Origin: Desulfobacteraceae bacterium
GTDB taxonomy: Bacteria; Desulfobacterota; Desulfobacteria; Desulfobacterales; SURF-7
Direction of reading: 5' to 3'
Length of the DNA: 64,000 nucleotides
Assembly (NCBI GenBank): GCA_003599865.1
Contig: QZKS01000013.1
Span: 2,414 to 66,413, forward strand
Each line of letters begins with the position of its first letter. The first letter of the stretch is position 1. Shown piece by piece: positions 38,072 through 49,490 of this stretch. The position numbers and the translations under genes were made by a program. Under the pieces are notes generated by a model. It was not told where the DNA came from, made no database searches, and saw only the letters and a program-made list of their open reading frames with translations.

Positions 38072-38620
38072 TTATGAGTAGTTCAAAAGGGTTTTCCACT
38101 TCATAAACCGGTCTTCCTGTTTTCGGCCGTATCGGGTAATGGACTCCATAACTTCTGCAATGGATTTTTCTTGTTTTTTGTAGTTCGGATCCTTGGAAAA
38201 GAATTTATCCGCAAAACAGATGATGATTTCTTCAATGGATTCCGGAACCATATCCTGCACAGGCAGTGGAAATCCATGATTTTTAATTTCTTCCGCACTG
38301 ATACCAACGCCCACATGACGTTCACAGACCAGGGCATGGCGGGGAAACCCTTTTGACTCGAGAAGTTGCCGCCCGAGATAACCATGTATAACATACGGAT
38401 GTTTACCATGGCAGCTTATTTTCGGGACATTTGTCTGAAATATGGCAATATCATGAAGCATGGCAGCCTGTTGGATAAAATCAAGATCCGGATTCAACCA
38501 TGGGACATTTCCTGCGATTTTCAGTGCTTTCTCAGCCACCTGCTCGCTGTGAGAAACCAGAATGGAATACAGACGCGAAGCCGGATCATAAAATTCATGG
38601 ATCAGATCATACGGATCCAT
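38072..38620 (-). CDS. HD-domain phosphohydrolase
   Basis: The start is taken at MDPYDLIHEFY (38620). HSEQVAE...MLHDIA HD signature. The tracked upstream extension overlaps prfB by ~100 nt and is unlikely. Confidence 0.72.
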   Translation of the reverse strand: MDPYDLIHEFYDPASRLYSILVSHSEQVAEKALKIAGNVPWLNPDLDFIQQAAMLHDIAIFQTNVPKISCHGKHPYVIHGYLGRQLLESKGFPRHALVCERHVGVGISAEEIKNHGFPLPVQDMVPESIEEIIICFADKFFSKDPNYKKQEKSIAEVMESITRYGRKQEDRFMKWKTLLNYS

Positions 38621-39720
38621 TGGCTGAATTCCTGGATAGAAGCAACCCCTTGATAAAAGGATCGATATCACCGTCAAGTACCTGGTTGATATTCCCCACT
38701 TCAAGCTTGATCCGATGATCTTTTACCATCTGATACGGATGAAGCACATAAGACCTTATCTGACTTCCCCAGGCAATTTCATCTTTGTTATCATGCATCT
38801 CCTGCAGTTTCTCGTCCTGTTTCTGCTTTTCGAGTTGATGCAGTCTGGCTTTGAGCACCTTCATGGCTATTTCTTTGTTCCGGTGTTGTGATCTGTCCTG
38901 CTGGCACTGAACCACAATTCCGGTAGGCAGGTGAACAATCCGAACGGCGCTGCTTGTTTTATTGATATGCTGTCCTCCGGCACCGCTGGCCCGGTAAACA
39001 TCGATACGGAGATCTTTTTCTTCAATCTCAACCACAATTTCACGGTCAAGTTCCGGATAGACAAAAACCGATGCAAAAGAGGTGTGCCGTTTTCCACTGG
39101 CATTGAATGGTGATATCCGAACCAATCGGTGGACGCCGGTCTCCATTTTTAAATAACCATAGGCATAGCTGCCGGTTGCAGTCAGGGTTACACTTTTGAT
39201 TCCGGCTTCATCTCCGGGTTGATAGTCAATGATGTTTATTTTGTAATTTTTCCGGTCGATCCAGCGTGAATACATCCGGAAGAGCATTTCCGCCCAATCC
39301 TGAGAATCGGTGCCGCCGGCTCCGGCGTTAATGGAGATTATCGCATTGCAGTTGTCGTCTTCACCGTCAAGCATCAAATCCAATGAGAACCGGTCTATCT
39401 GTTTCTCAATCCTGGCAATCTCCCCAGATACCTCCTGTGTGGTTTGAGCATCCGATTCTTCAGCAGCAAGTTGCAGCATCAGTTCACTGTCTTCAAGGTC
39501 GGATGACAGTTTTTTCCAGAGATCCACCTTGTCTGCTATTTGCGATCGTTCTCTTAACAGGTCTTTTGTTTGTTCCGGGTAATCCCAGAAGTCTTTTCTG
39601 GATGTGATGGATTCGATTTCCTGTAACCGTTTTTCCTTTTCATTCAGGTCAAAGACAACCTCTTAGCTGTTCGAGTTTTTTGTGAAGTTCATCCATTTTA
39701 TTTTTTATTTCTGAAGACAT
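38607..39720 (-). CDS. prfB: Peptide chain release factor 2, expressed via programmed +1 frameshift
   Basis: Segment 1 is 39720..39652 (MSSEIKNKMDELHKKLEQLRGCL), followed by an in-frame TGA. Skipping T39651 joins it to the frame of tracked ORF 38607..39527 (D LNEKEKRLQEIES...). SPF and GGQ (SGAGGQHINK) motifs are present. Confidence 0.95.
39648..39666 (-). other. prfB +1 frameshift site: CTA AGA GGT TGT CTT TGA C
   Basis: CTT-TGA-C slippery/stop context is preceded by an SD-like AGAGG 3 nt upstream. This is equivalent to E. coli AGGGGG TAT CTT TGA C. Confidence 0.9.
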
Positions 39721-39747
39721 AATAACCTCCCATGTGGATGGTGCTGT

Positions 39748-41439
39748 TCAATTTAATGGTTTTATCGTATTTTGGGGATGCTGTATCATGCAAAAAATCA
39801 TAAAAATGAATACAGCGATTAAACAAACTTTTGAAAACAGATCCCCTGCTTTCATATAAACGGTTCCGGTTTTCATCAGCGGAACTGTTCGGGTTCGAGC
39901 TGCATCAACAGTAAGAGAAGTGGTTTCGAGAATCCTCCCAACCGGATCAATAAAGCCACTGATCCCTGTATTGGCAGATCTTACAAGCGCTCTCTTGTTT
40001 TCAACTGCCCGGAATACGGTCATTGAAAAGTGTTGAAACGGTCCGCTGCTTGTTCCGAACCAGGCATCATTGGTAATATTGATAAATATTTCGGCCTGAT
40101 TGGAAGCCATTGCTCTGGCAAGATCCGGAAAAATGACTTCAAAACAGATTTGAACACCAATAGGATGTTGATTCCAGACAATTGTGCTGCCTTTTATTCC
40201 GGATTGAAAATCTCCAACCTGAGCGACCAGTTTACCAATAAATGGAAACCACTTCTTTAATGGAACATATTCGCCGTAAGGCACGAGGTGTACCTTATTG
40301 TAATTGCCGATCTGTTCTCCTTCGGGGTTTAATAAATAGGCCGTATTATAGTAATGTAAAGATTTTCCATCTCGCTCATATGAAGGGCTTCCGAATAATA
40401 GCCATATATTCGCCTTCTGTACGCCTTCCTGGATCAGTTGTGTTAAATGACTGCTGGTGTAGGGACTTGAAAAGTAAAAGGGGGTTGCAGTTTCCGGCCA
40501 GACGATCAGGGATGGTGAATCAGCAAGTGTGGAAAAGGACAGGTTGAGATATTTCAGGATTGTATTTTTCTGATACTCAGGATTCCATTTTACAGATTGG
40601 TCAATATTGCCCTGTATGACGCTTACTTTAGCCCGATCAGCGGTTTTCATCATTCGGTCAATCGACTGTATGCGAATATTTCCATATGCCAGAATGATTA
40701 TCATAATCAGGGCGGTGGTTGCAAGTGAACCCGAGGCAATTTTTTTTGAAATATTGATTCCTTGCCATTTTTGTTTGCCGATGTGGAGAAGTGCTACGCA
40801 TAGACTGCCATTGGCAAGTGCAATGAGGAAGGAAATTCCATATACACCCGTTATATCGGATAATTGAATCAGGCTTATCCATTCAAATTGGGAATATCCA
40901 ATTAATTCCCAGGGAAAGCCTGAAAACAAGAAAGAGCGGATAAATTCAAGAGAAACAAACACAGCCGGAAACCATATTACCAGACGTAAGGGTGTTCGGC
41001 AAAATTTTTGTAAGAACGCAGAGAAAAAAGCAAAATACAGTCCCAGATAGGATGAAAGAAGGAATAAAAGAAGGCATCCTACCCAGAACGGAAGATTGCC
41101 GTATGTGTGCATGGTCGGCACTAACCAGTACAAAAGGGTACAATAGTGTATGATTCCTGAGACCAGGCCAATATAAAAAGAACCTTTTAAAGAGAGGTCT
41201 TTTAATGAATATAATAAAGGGATAAAGGCAATCCATGCAGTCCAGCCCAAATTAATTTTGGGAAAAGAACAGGTAAGCAGCAGCCCGCTGACCATGGCAA
41301 GCAGGGATTCTTTTTTATACTCATTCAGTATTTTCAATATCATAGTCTTTGATAAAGCGATTTTGCTGATAGCGGCTTTGTTTTGTTCCACAGGGCTTAA
41401 TAGACCCCAATGTATTAGCATTTCAAGGAATCCTGTCAA
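39748..41439 (-). CDS. lnt: Apolipoprotein N-acyltransferase
   Basis: Multi-TM N-terminal half plus a C-terminal nitrilase-like CN hydrolase domain (VWPETA, ICFEVIFPD). The true start may be an internal Met (for example 41343). Confidence 0.88.
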   Translation of the reverse strand: MTGFLEMLIHWGLLSPVEQNKAAISKIALSKTMILKILNEYKKESLLAMVSGLLLTCSFPKINLGWTAWIAFIPLLYSLKDLSLKGSFYIGLVSGIIHYCTLLYWLVPTMHTYGNLPFWVGCLLLFLLSSYLGLYFAFFSAFLQKFCRTPLRLVIWFPAVFVSLEFIRSFLFSGFPWELIGYSQFEWISLIQLSDITGVYGISFLIALANGSLCVALLHIGKQKWQGINISKKIASGSLATTALIMIIILAYGNIRIQSIDRMMKTADRAKVSVIQGNIDQSVKWNPEYQKNTILKYLNLSFSTLADSPSLIVWPETATPFYFSSPYTSSHLTQLIQEGVQKANIWLLFGSPSYERDGKSLHYYNTAYLLNPEGEQIGNYNKVHLVPYGEYVPLKKWFPFIGKLVAQVGDFQSGIKGSTIVWNQHPIGVQICFEVIFPDLARAMASNQAEIFINITNDAWFGTSSGPFQHFSMTVFRAVENKRALVRSANTGISGFIDPVGRILETTSLTVDAARTRTVPLMKTGTVYMKAGDLFSKVCLIAVFIFMIFCMIQHPQNTIKPLN

Positions 41440-41832
41440 TGAATTTTATTTCTAATTCAAATTCAGGGAAATTAACTTATTCCGGTGATTCGGCAGGATA
41501 AAAGCAGGAATATCCCGTTATATCGGGCGCGTCGTTGTTGATAAAAGGATTTCGCATCATGATTAAGCTTACAGCGGGCCAGGGAAAAGTAAGAAATTAT
41601 GGAAAACCGTATAATCAATTTGAGATTTAATTCGAATTATGATAAAAGATCAAAGAAAGTAACCGAACAGCAGAATTCAAACTCATATCGATTATTATTC
41701 ATCCTGAAAAAATCATCAGAAAAGTTGTCTTCACTTTTTTCAGATTATCCGGATATATTAAGGATAAGTAGTAAGCTTGGATAGGATCAATTGACTCTGC
41801 TGGAATAGAATCATAAAATTAGGAGTGTCTGT

Positions 41833-42141
41833 ATGAGTAAAGTCAGCAAAAACGGAGAGCGGGTTGTTGTAAGGCCGGGAAAGGATGTTGTTGCATCCAT
41901 GGCCAATGAGTTCCGATCTCAGCTCCATGGTCTTGTGCAGGAATCTCCCCGTGAACTTGTGATTGATCTTGATGGTGTTGAAATGGTTGACTCTGTTGGG
42001 ATCGGTGTGATTATCGCAACTCATAATTCTTTGAATAAAGTTGGCGGATCTTTACGAGTAACCAATGTAGCTTCGGACATATTTACATTATTCAGCACAA
42101 TGAGGCTGGATCATCATTTTACAATCGAAAAAAATGAATAG
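41833..42141 (+). CDS. STAS-domain anti-sigma-factor antagonist (SpoIIAA-like)
   Basis: 102 aa. LVIDLDGVEMVDSVGIGVII is the typical STAS core with the phosphorylatable Ser context (DSVG). AGGAG RBS. Confidence 0.83.
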   Translation: MSKVSKNGERVVVRPGKDVVASMANEFRSQLHGLVQESPRELVIDLDGVEMVDSVGIGVIIATHNSLNKVGGSLRVTNVASDIFTLFSTMRLDHHFTIEKNE

Positions 42142-42155
42142 TGGTTTCCGGCTGG

Positions 42156-42232
<77 letters not shown>

Positions 42233-42335
42233 ATGATTTCGGAGTACCTAACATGCTTTTCTAACTAGTGCAACCCTATCACGATTATTTCAGTAAATTT
42301 TTCATTCAATCATCATAAATATACCGGATTTCATT

Positions 42336-43127
42336 TTATTCGATAGTTTGGTTTTCCGCTTTTGAGTAGAAATCATCGATACCCGTGGAAATCTCCTTGG
42401 CAATATTTGATAAATACTCAATGTTATTCAGTTTTTTTTCCTCAATCGGATTCGAGAGATATCCGATTTCAATCATAACCGCAGGCATATTGGCTCCGGA
42501 AAGAACACTCAGGGGAGAATGCAACAACTGGTTTCTGGGGAAAAGGTTGCTCTGCGAAAGCTTTTTATGGATGCATTTTCCAACTTCCATGCTTTTTTGG
42601 ATTTGATTGTTGTGAATTTCATCCCAGGAGGTATGCTTGTAAGCATTGCCGTTGTTTTTAATGGCCGGGGTCTGGGGAAATACAGCAAGATCAGATGTTT
42701 TTTTTAAATACGCTATTGTAATTCCATTGGTCTTATAATGATAGCTGCCACTGGCGTGGATACTGATCAATAATGACGCCTTATTGTGGTTGGCGATGGA
42801 TGTCCTGTCAGAGATATTCAAAAAATAGTCACCGTTTCTGGTTGTAATTACCTGATACTTGATTTGCAGATTTTCGATGATCAGATTGGCCAGCACAAGT
42901 GTAACATTTTTTTCCAATGTACCTTCTGTACCTTTGGCTCCATGATCATGTCCCCCATGACCGGGATTGATGACGATAACGGGTTTTGATAGATTTTTCG
43001 AAAAGCCGGTGGCCGGAAGCATGAAGAATCCAACGGTGGATAACATCAGTGTCGGCAGGAATATGAAAAATGCCGTTTTGTTTAAGAGGTTTATTTTTAA
43101 AATCAAACACTTGATTTCATCCATCAA
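42336..43127 (-). CDS. N-acetylmuramoyl-L-alanine amidase (Amidase_3 family)
   Basis: 263 aa. N-terminal TM/signal segment. VIVINPGHGGHDHGAKG and SIHASG motifs. Confidence 0.87.
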   Translation of the reverse strand: MMDEIKCLILKINLLNKTAFFIFLPTLMLSTVGFFMLPATGFSKNLSKPVIVINPGHGGHDHGAKGTEGTLEKNVTLVLANLIIENLQIKYQVITTRNGDYFLNISDRTSIANHNKASLLISIHASGSYHYKTNGITIAYLKKTSDLAVFPQTPAIKNNGNAYKHTSWDEIHNNQIQKSMEVGKCIHKKLSQSNLFPRNQLLHSPLSVLSGANMPAVMIEIGYLSNPIEEKKLNNIEYLSNIAKEISTGIDDFYSKAENQTIE

Positions 43128-43299
43128 TTTGACTTGACACCCATATGGATTGATATTATCTTGGTTTTCTTTTATGTTTAAATCATTCTTTTCAGTAAAA
43201 TGTCAAGATGTCTTAATAGCGGATCATTGATATACGGGAAAATAATAGTGGCTGTTTCATACGCGTGCTAAAGAAAATCACAAAATAAATTATGATATT

Positions 43300-43386
43300 G
43301 CGAGAGTGGCGGAATTGGTAGACGCACTGGACTTAGGATCCAGCTCTGGTGACAGAGTGGGAGTTCGAGTCTCCCCTCTCGCACCA
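43300..43386 (+). tRNA. tRNA-Leu (anticodon UAG)
   Basis: GCGAGAGTGGCGGAATTGGTAGACGCACTGGACTTAGGATCCAG...GGGAGTTCGAGTCTCCCCTCTCGCACCA. Long variable arm, anticodon loop CTTAGGA. Confidence 0.93.
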
Positions 43387-43447
43387 TGAATATACGTTGT
43401 GTCTGGAGACAGACTTCCAGGCGTTTTATTAATCAGAAAGGATTGTC

Positions 43448-44770
43448 ATGCAAGTAAATGTAGAAGATAAAAGTTCGGTAAAGAAGATACTTCATATTGA
43501 GGTACCGGAAGCGAATGTGACGAATGAGCTGGATGCCGCTTACAAACAACTTAAAAAAACGGCCAAAGTGAAAGGGTTTCGACCGGGAAAGATCCCTCGT
43601 TCGGTTCTCGAAAGAATGTTTAAAAAGGATGTGCAGAGCGATGTGGCAGCGAGATTGATTCAGGATTCGCTCATAGAGGCAATCAAGGAAAAAGATCTTA
43701 ACCTGGTCGGACGGCCGCAAGTTGACCCGCCTGAACTCAAGGAGGAAGGACCTTATATATTTGATGCTCTTGTCGAGATCAAACCGGAGTTGGATGCTAT
43801 TGATTACAATGGGTTATCTTTAACAAAAACAATGTATAAGGTGAGCGATAAAGAGATTAATGCCCAAATAGAGATGTTCCGTAAAAATTTAGCCCAATTA
43901 AAACCTGTGGCTGAAAAAAGGTCTGCACAGGAAGGGGATTTTGTCATTATTGATTATGAAGGATTGAAGGATGGAAAACCTTTTGAAGAGACAAAGAAGA
44001 CGGAAAATTTCACCATGAAAATTGGTGGTCGTGCAATATCCCAAGAGTTTGATGCCGAGATCGTTGGAATGAATCCTGGAGAAACCAAAGATTTTACAAT
44101 TCGGTTTTCTGAAAATATCACCCGCAAAGAACTGGCAAACCTTGAGATTGCTTTTCAAGTGAAGCTAAATGAAATTAAGGAAGAAGTGTTGCCGGATGCG
44201 GATGATGAACTTGCCAAAAAATTGGGTAATTTTAAATCAATTGATGAATTAAAAGAAAAAATCGTCCAAAATGTTCAGCAGGGATATGACAAGAGGATTG
44301 AACAGGAATTAAACGAACAGATTTTCAACGCATTGATTTCCCAGCAGGAGTTTGAAGTCCCGGACATTATGGTTGAGTATGAGCTGGATTCTATTATCGG
44401 GGAAATGGAAAGAGTCTTCGCATACCAGAATTTATCCCTGGAGCAGCTGGGACAGTCCAAAGAAATGCTTGCGGAAAAATATCGGGATACTGCTGTTAAA
44501 CAGGTGAAACGGCACATTATTTTGGGGAAACTGATAGAACAGGAAGGGTTGAAGCTTACGGATGAGGAACTCGAAGAAGGATATCAGCGTATGGCGGAAT
44601 CCGTAAATCAGCCTGTCGAGGGGATTAAAAGCTATTATAAAGAAAATCAGGATAATTTAGAGTTTTTTAAACATGCGTTGCTTGAAAAAAAGGCAATCAG
44701 ACTTATCATAGATAATAGTAAAGTAGAGGAAATTAATCCGGAAGAAACAGAAAACGTTCAATCTGAATAA
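43448..44770 (+). CDS. tig: Trigger factor
   Basis: 440 aa. MQVNVEDKSSVKKILHIEV...KGFRPGKIPRSVLERMF ribosome-binding signature and an FKBP-like middle domain. Confidence 0.97.
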   Translation: MQVNVEDKSSVKKILHIEVPEANVTNELDAAYKQLKKTAKVKGFRPGKIPRSVLERMFKKDVQSDVAARLIQDSLIEAIKEKDLNLVGRPQVDPPELKEEGPYIFDALVEIKPELDAIDYNGLSLTKTMYKVSDKEINAQIEMFRKNLAQLKPVAEKRSAQEGDFVIIDYEGLKDGKPFEETKKTENFTMKIGGRAISQEFDAEIVGMNPGETKDFTIRFSENITRKELANLEIAFQVKLNEIKEEVLPDADDELAKKLGNFKSIDELKEKIVQNVQQGYDKRIEQELNEQIFNALISQQEFEVPDIMVEYELDSIIGEMERVFAYQNLSLEQLGQSKEMLAEKYRDTAVKQVKRHIILGKLIEQEGLKLTDEELEEGYQRMAESVNQPVEGIKSYYKENQDNLEFFKHALLEKKAIRLIIDNSKVEEINPEETENVQSE

Positions 44771-44821
44771 ATTCCGTGTTCATAAAATTTTGCGATAATC
44801 GAGTAAAAAGGAGGAAAGCCG

Positions 44822-45442
44822 GTGCCACTAATACCCATGGTAATCGAGCAAAGCAGCAGGGGAGAGAGAGCTTTTGACATTTATTCACGTCTTCTCAAAG
44901 ACCGAATCATTTTTATTGGTACGGCGATCAACGATGAGGTCGCGAATTTGCTGGTTGCCCAGCTTCTTTTTCTTGAATCGGAAGACCCGGATAAGGATAT
45001 CAATTTTTATATAAATTCACCCGGAGGCGTGGTTACGGCAGGTATGGCGATTTATGACACCATGCAATATATCAAACCGGATATTGCAACAGTGTGTATT
45101 GGTCAGGCCGCCAGCATGGGAGCCCTTCTTCTTGCCGCCGGTACCAAGGGGAAACGATATTCCCTTCCGAATTCCCGCATTATGGTGCATCAACCCATGG
45201 GGGGTGCCCAAGGGCAGGCATCGGATATTGCGATTCAAGCCAAAGAAATTCTTCGCATGAAAGATACAATCAATGACATCCTTGCATACCATACCGGACA
45301 GGCAATTGAGCGAATTCGTTTGGATACGGATCGTGACTTTTTCATGGCGGGAAGTGAAGCAAGGGATTATGGATTAATTGATCATGTCATCAGCAGTCGG
45401 GATGATCTTGATAAGCTTGAAAAGTCGGAGGATAAAGCATGA
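44822..45442 (+). CDS. clpP: ATP-dependent Clp protease proteolytic subunit
   Basis: GTG start after AAAGGAGGA. 206 aa. [36 protein letters not shown] (Ser), MVHQP (His). Confidence 0.98.
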   Translation: MPLIPMVIEQSSRGERAFDIYSRLLKDRIIFIGTAINDEVANLLVAQLLFLESEDPDKDINFYINSPGGVVTAGMAIYDTMQYIKPDIATVCIGQAASMGALLLAAGTKGKRYSLPNSRIMVHQPMGGAQGQASDIAIQAKEILRMKDTINDILAYHTGQAIERIRLDTDRDFFMAGSEARDYGLIDHVISSRDDLDKLEKSEDKA

Positions 45443-46686
45443 CTACAAAACAAGGGGATGGGAATGATAATCTCTTTTGTTCATTCTGCGGGAAAAATCA
45501 GAAGGAAGTCAAAAAACTGATTGCAGGACCCGCCGTATATATCTGTGATGAATGTATACAGCTTTGCAGTGAAATCATCGAAGAGGAGAGTGAAAAGGCT
45601 GTTGAAGGTTCCGGAAACCTTCTGATTCCCAAAGAAATTAAAGCCATGCTGGATGACTACGTGATTGAGCAGAATGATGCCAAAAAGGTTCTGGCTGTTG
45701 CCGTATACAATCATTATAAGCGCCTTGAGTCTTCGGTCAGCACGGGAGATGTGGAAATCCAGAAAAGCAACATTCTGTTAATCGGTCCGACTGGTTGTGG
45801 AAAAACACTATTAGCCCAGACTCTTGCCCGATTTCTAAATGTACCCTTTACCATTGCGGATGCCACGACCTTGACGGAAGCCGGATATGTTGGTGAAGAT
45901 GTAGAAAACATTATTCTTTCATTGCTTCAAAACGCGGATTATGATGTTGAGAAGGCACAACGCGGTATTGTTTATATTGATGAAATTGATAAAATCGCGC
46001 AACGATCCGATAATCCTTCCATCACGCGTGATGTCTCCGGTGAGGGAGTACAGCAGGCGCTGTTAAAAATCATTGAAGGCACCACAGCGAGTGTTCCGCC
46101 TAAAGGCGGGCGAAAACATCCGCAGCAGGATTTTGTAAAAGTCGACACATCCAACATCCTTTTTATCTGCGGAGGAACCTTCACCGGCTTGGATAAGATT
46201 ATCCAGCGGCGTTTGGGGCAGAAATCAATGGGATTCAGCGCCAAGATATCAAAAAAAGAAGAGAGAAACATTGGCGATACATTGAAGCTATTGGCAACGG
46301 AAGACCTGGTTAAATTTGGCCTTATACCGGAATTCCTGGGTCGTCTTCCCATCATCACAACACTGGAAGAACTTAGTGAACCCTCATTGGTTAAAATTCT
46401 GACAGAACCTCGAAATGCACTTGTCAAGCAATTTAAAAAGTTGTTTGAGATTGAAGGTGTTAATTTAAGACTTACGGATAGTGCACTTTCAGCCATTGCC
46501 AAAGAAGCGATGAAACGAAAATCCGGCGCAAGAGGATTGCGCTCCATTCTGGAAAGCTGCATGCTTAATATCATGTATGAAATTCCGTCAGTTGATAATG
46601 TCAAGGAATGTGTAGTCGGGGAAGAAGTTGTTTTGCATAAAGAGGACCCTATTCTACTTTATGAACAGACCAAAAAACAGGCATAG
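45439..46686 (+). CDS. clpX: ATP-dependent Clp protease ATP-binding subunit ClpX
   Basis: 415 aa. Zinc-binding CSFCGK...CDEC, Walker [18 protein letters not shown]. Confidence 0.98.
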   Translation: MTTKQGDGNDNLFCSFCGKNQKEVKKLIAGPAVYICDECIQLCSEIIEEESEKAVEGSGNLLIPKEIKAMLDDYVIEQNDAKKVLAVAVYNHYKRLESSVSTGDVEIQKSNILLIGPTGCGKTLLAQTLARFLNVPFTIADATTLTEAGYVGEDVENIILSLLQNADYDVEKAQRGIVYIDEIDKIAQRSDNPSITRDVSGEGVQQALLKIIEGTTASVPPKGGRKHPQQDFVKVDTSNILFICGGTFTGLDKIIQRRLGQKSMGFSAKISKKEERNIGDTLKLLATEDLVKFGLIPEFLGRLPIITTLEELSEPSLVKILTEPRNALVKQFKKLFEIEGVNLRLTDSALSAIAKEAMKRKSGARGLRSILESCMLNIMYEIPSVDNVKECVVGEEVVLHKEDPILLYEQTKKQA

Positions 46687-46710
46687 TGGATATCCGCAAA
46701 AGTAGTAAAT

Positions 46711-49134
46711 ATGATCAATATCCCAAAATTTTTTAAGCAGGATGAATACGATTCATCCAAAAATATTATCTTGCCGCTTTTGCCGTTGAGAGATATTGTT
46801 GTGTTTCCGCATATGGTAGCTCCTCTTTTTGTCGGAAGGAAAAAGTCTGTAAGTGCGCTTACGGATGCGATGAATAAGGATAAGAGTGTATTTCTTGCAA
46901 CTCAAATCAAGGCGGGTATAGACAATCCCAAAGAAAAAGATATCAGCAGCATCGGAACGATCGGGAGTGTCCTCCAGCTTCTCAGGCTTCCGGATGGAAC
47001 GGTAAAAGCACTTGTCGAAGGCAAAACAAGGGCAAGGGTGGTAGACTTTATTAAGGGAGAAGATTTTTTCCAGGTCGAATTGGCTCCGGTTATGGAAAAA
47101 GAACTCTCCGAGACAGAAGGCGAAGCCTTGAAACGCTCCATAATTAAGAGTTTTGGAGAATATGCCAAATTAAACAAGAATATCTCAAAGGATATTGTAA
47201 ACAACGTATCCACGATTTTAGATCCTTCACAACTGGCAGATACAATTGCAGCGCATATTTCGTTTAAGATAAAGGACAAACAGCGCTTATTGGAACTGGA
47301 GTCCCTAGATGAACGGTTTGCTTTTCTTCTGAGCCTGATCGAAGCGGAGTCTGAAATTTTTGACATGGAGCAGAGGATCAAAGGCAGGGTGAAGACGCAA
47401 ATGGAAAAAACTCAGAAGAATTATTATCTGAGTGAGCAGATGCGTGCGATTAAGAAGGAGATGGGCGCCGACGATTCCGGAGCGGATGAGATCGCGGAGC
47501 TTGAAAAGAGGATCAAGCGGAAACGCATGTCCCGAGAAGCTGCTAAAAAGGCAAGGCAGGAATTTAAAAAACTGAAAATGATGACACCCATGTCCGCAGA
47601 GGCGACGGTTGTGCGGAATTATATCGACTGGATGGTTTCGCTGCCTTGGTTTGAAAAAAGCCGTGTCAATCATGACCTTGAAAAAGCAGAAACCATACTG
47701 AATGAAGATCATTATGGTCTTGAAAAGCCAAAGGAAAGGATTCTTGAATATCTTGCGGTTCAGACACTTGTAAAAAAAGTCAAAGGGCCGATTCTATGTC
47801 TTGTAGGACCTCCAGGGGTCGGGAAAACCTCACTGGCGAAATCTGTTGCCCGGGCTACAGGTCGTGAGTTTGTTAGATTGTCACTTGGCGGGGTAAGAGA
47901 TGAGGCGGAAATCAGAGGCCATAGAAGGACTTATATCGGGGCTCTGCCGGGGAAAATCATACAATCCTTGAAAAAGGTGGGTGTCAATAATCCGGTATTT
48001 TGTCTGGACGAAGTGGATAAAATGAGTATGGATTTCCGGGGCGACCCTTCGGCGGCCCTTCTTGAAGTCCTTGATCCGGAGCAGAATAATAGTTTTAACG
48101 ATCATTACCTTGATTTGGATTACGATCTGTCTGATATCCTGTTTATTACAACAGCGAACACCCTCCCGGATATTCCTCTTCCTCTTCAGGATCGTATGGA
48201 AATTATCCGGATACCTGGGTATCCGGAGTTTGAGAAGTATAATATCGCAAGGGATTTTCTTGTCCCAAAACAGATTCAGTTAAATGGACTGGCGGATTCT
48301 AATGTCACTTTTTCAAAAGGATCAATTTATACCATTATCGAACAATATACCCGTGAAGCAGGCGTGCGGAATCTGGAACGGGAGATATCCGCTGTTTGCC
48401 GTAAGGTTGCGAGGGATGTTGTTTTAAATAGGCAGCCGGATAACGGTTATAAAATTACATCCAAAATTGTCCAGAAATATCTCGGACCATACAAATTCAA
48501 GCATGGTCAGGTGGAAGAAAGAGATCAGATCGGTCTTGTGACCGGTCTTGCATGGACTCAGGTCGGAGGGGAACTTCTTTGTGTGGAAACCGTTATCATG
48601 CCGGGCAAAGGGGAGTTGATTATTACCGGAAAACTTGGTGATGTGATGAAGGAATCCGCAAGAGCCGCGGTAAGTTATGTTCGGTCACGCTCGGATCGGT
48701 TGGGAATTGATAAGGATTTTTATAAGAATTTTGATATTCATATTCATGTTCCGGAAGGCGCAATACCCAAGGATGGCCCATCGGCTGGGATTTCCATGTG
48801 TACATCCATTGTATCGGCACTTACAAGAAGACCGGTATCCCGTAGCATTGCGATGACCGGAGAAATTACTCTTAGAGGACGGATTTTACCCATCGGAGGT
48901 TTAAAGGAGAAAATACTTGCCGCCCATCGGGGTGAGATCAGGAAAGTCTTAATTCCTAAGGAAAATGAAAAAGATCTGAAGGAAATTCCGGGAACCATCA
49001 GCAAACAGGTTGAGATTATTCCTGTTGAAGAGATGGATGAGGTTTTGGCGCAAGCCTTGATATTGAAAGAGGGCGAAACCTTGTTTAATGGCAATAAACA
49101 TCCATTTCAACCGGATCAGGAAATAATAAAATAA
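46711..49134 (+). CDS. lon: Lon protease
   Basis: 807 aa. [16 protein letters not shown]-domain, GPPGVGKTS, and protease Ser motif PKDGPSAG. Confidence 0.98.
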   Translation: MINIPKFFKQDEYDSSKNIILPLLPLRDIVVFPHMVAPLFVGRKKSVSALTDAMNKDKSVFLATQIKAGIDNPKEKDISSIGTIGSVLQLLRLPDGTVKALVEGKTRARVVDFIKGEDFFQVELAPVMEKELSETEGEALKRSIIKSFGEYAKLNKNISKDIVNNVSTILDPSQLADTIAAHISFKIKDKQRLLELESLDERFAFLLSLIEAESEIFDMEQRIKGRVKTQMEKTQKNYYLSEQMRAIKKEMGADDSGADEIAELEKRIKRKRMSREAAKKARQEFKKLKMMTPMSAEATVVRNYIDWMVSLPWFEKSRVNHDLEKAETILNEDHYGLEKPKERILEYLAVQTLVKKVKGPILCLVGPPGVGKTSLAKSVARATGREFVRLSLGGVRDEAEIRGHRRTYIGALPGKIIQSLKKVGVNNPVFCLDEVDKMSMDFRGDPSAALLEVLDPEQNNSFNDHYLDLDYDLSDILFITTANTLPDIPLPLQDRMEIIRIPGYPEFEKYNIARDFLVPKQIQLNGLADSNVTFSKGSIYTIIEQYTREAGVRNLEREISAVCRKVARDVVLNRQPDNGYKITSKIVQKYLGPYKFKHGQVEERDQIGLVTGLAWTQVGGELLCVETVIMPGKGELIITGKLGDVMKESARAAVSYVRSRSDRLGIDKDFYKNFDIHIHVPEGAIPKDGPSAGISMCTSIVSALTRRPVSRSIAMTGEITLRGRILPIGGLKEKILAAHRGEIRKVLIPKENEKDLKEIPGTISKQVEIIPVEEMDEVLAQALILKEGETLFNGNKHPFQPDQEIIK

Positions 49135-49221
49135 GCAAGATTTTTGCTTGACATCAAATTATAAAGTTGATAGCTATTGCATTCGTTTTTCGGGTAAAAG
49201 CCTGAAACGGTCAACAAATAT

Positions 49222-49297
49222 GGGCGGGTAGCTCAGTTGGGAGAGCATCGGCCTTACAAGCCGAGGGTCACAGGTTCAAGCCCTGTTCCGCCTACCA
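49222..49297 (+). tRNA. tRNA-Val (anticodon UAC)
   Basis: GGGCGGGTAGCTCAGTTGGGAGAGCATCGGCCTTACAAGCCGAGGGTCACAGGTTCAAGCCCTGTTCCGCCTACCA. Anticodon loop CTTACAA. Confidence 0.93.
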
Positions 49298-49346
49298 TAA
49301 TTAAGGTTGACCTCCTTAAAAAAACGATATGAAGATTTCAAAATCG

Positions 49347-49424
49347 GGGGGTGTAGTTCAGTTTGGTTAGAACGCCGGCCTGTCACGCCGGAGGTCGCGG
49401 GTTCGAGTCCCGTCGCTCCCGCCA
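49347..49424 (+). tRNA. tRNA-Asp (anticodon GUC)
   Basis: GGGGGTGTAGTTCAGTTTGGTTAGAACGCCGGCCTGTCACGCCGGAGGTCGCGGGTTCGAGTCCCGTCGCTCCCGCCA. Anticodon loop CTGTCAC. Confidence 0.93.
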
Positions 49425-49434
49425 TAACAAAATC

Positions 49435-49467
49435 AAGGGCTTGGATGAGAATTCAAGCCCTTTTTTA
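49435..49467 (+). terminator. Rho-independent terminator after the tRNA-Val/tRNA-Asp pair
   Basis: AAGGGCTTG (49435-49443) pairs with CAAGCCCTT (49454-49462) and runs into TTTTTT. Confidence 0.7.
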
Positions 49468-49490
49468 TTCTATAAAACCTTTCGGAGGCA

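Noticed and set aside
41440-41832. 393-bp AT-rich gap with 61- and 88-aa ORFs; checked for ncRNA or small genes
   Set aside because: The ORFs have low-complexity N/K/S-rich products without an RBS. I recognised no known RNA family (6S, SRP, RNase P, tmRNA), so the gap is left as a promoter region for lnt and the STAS gene.
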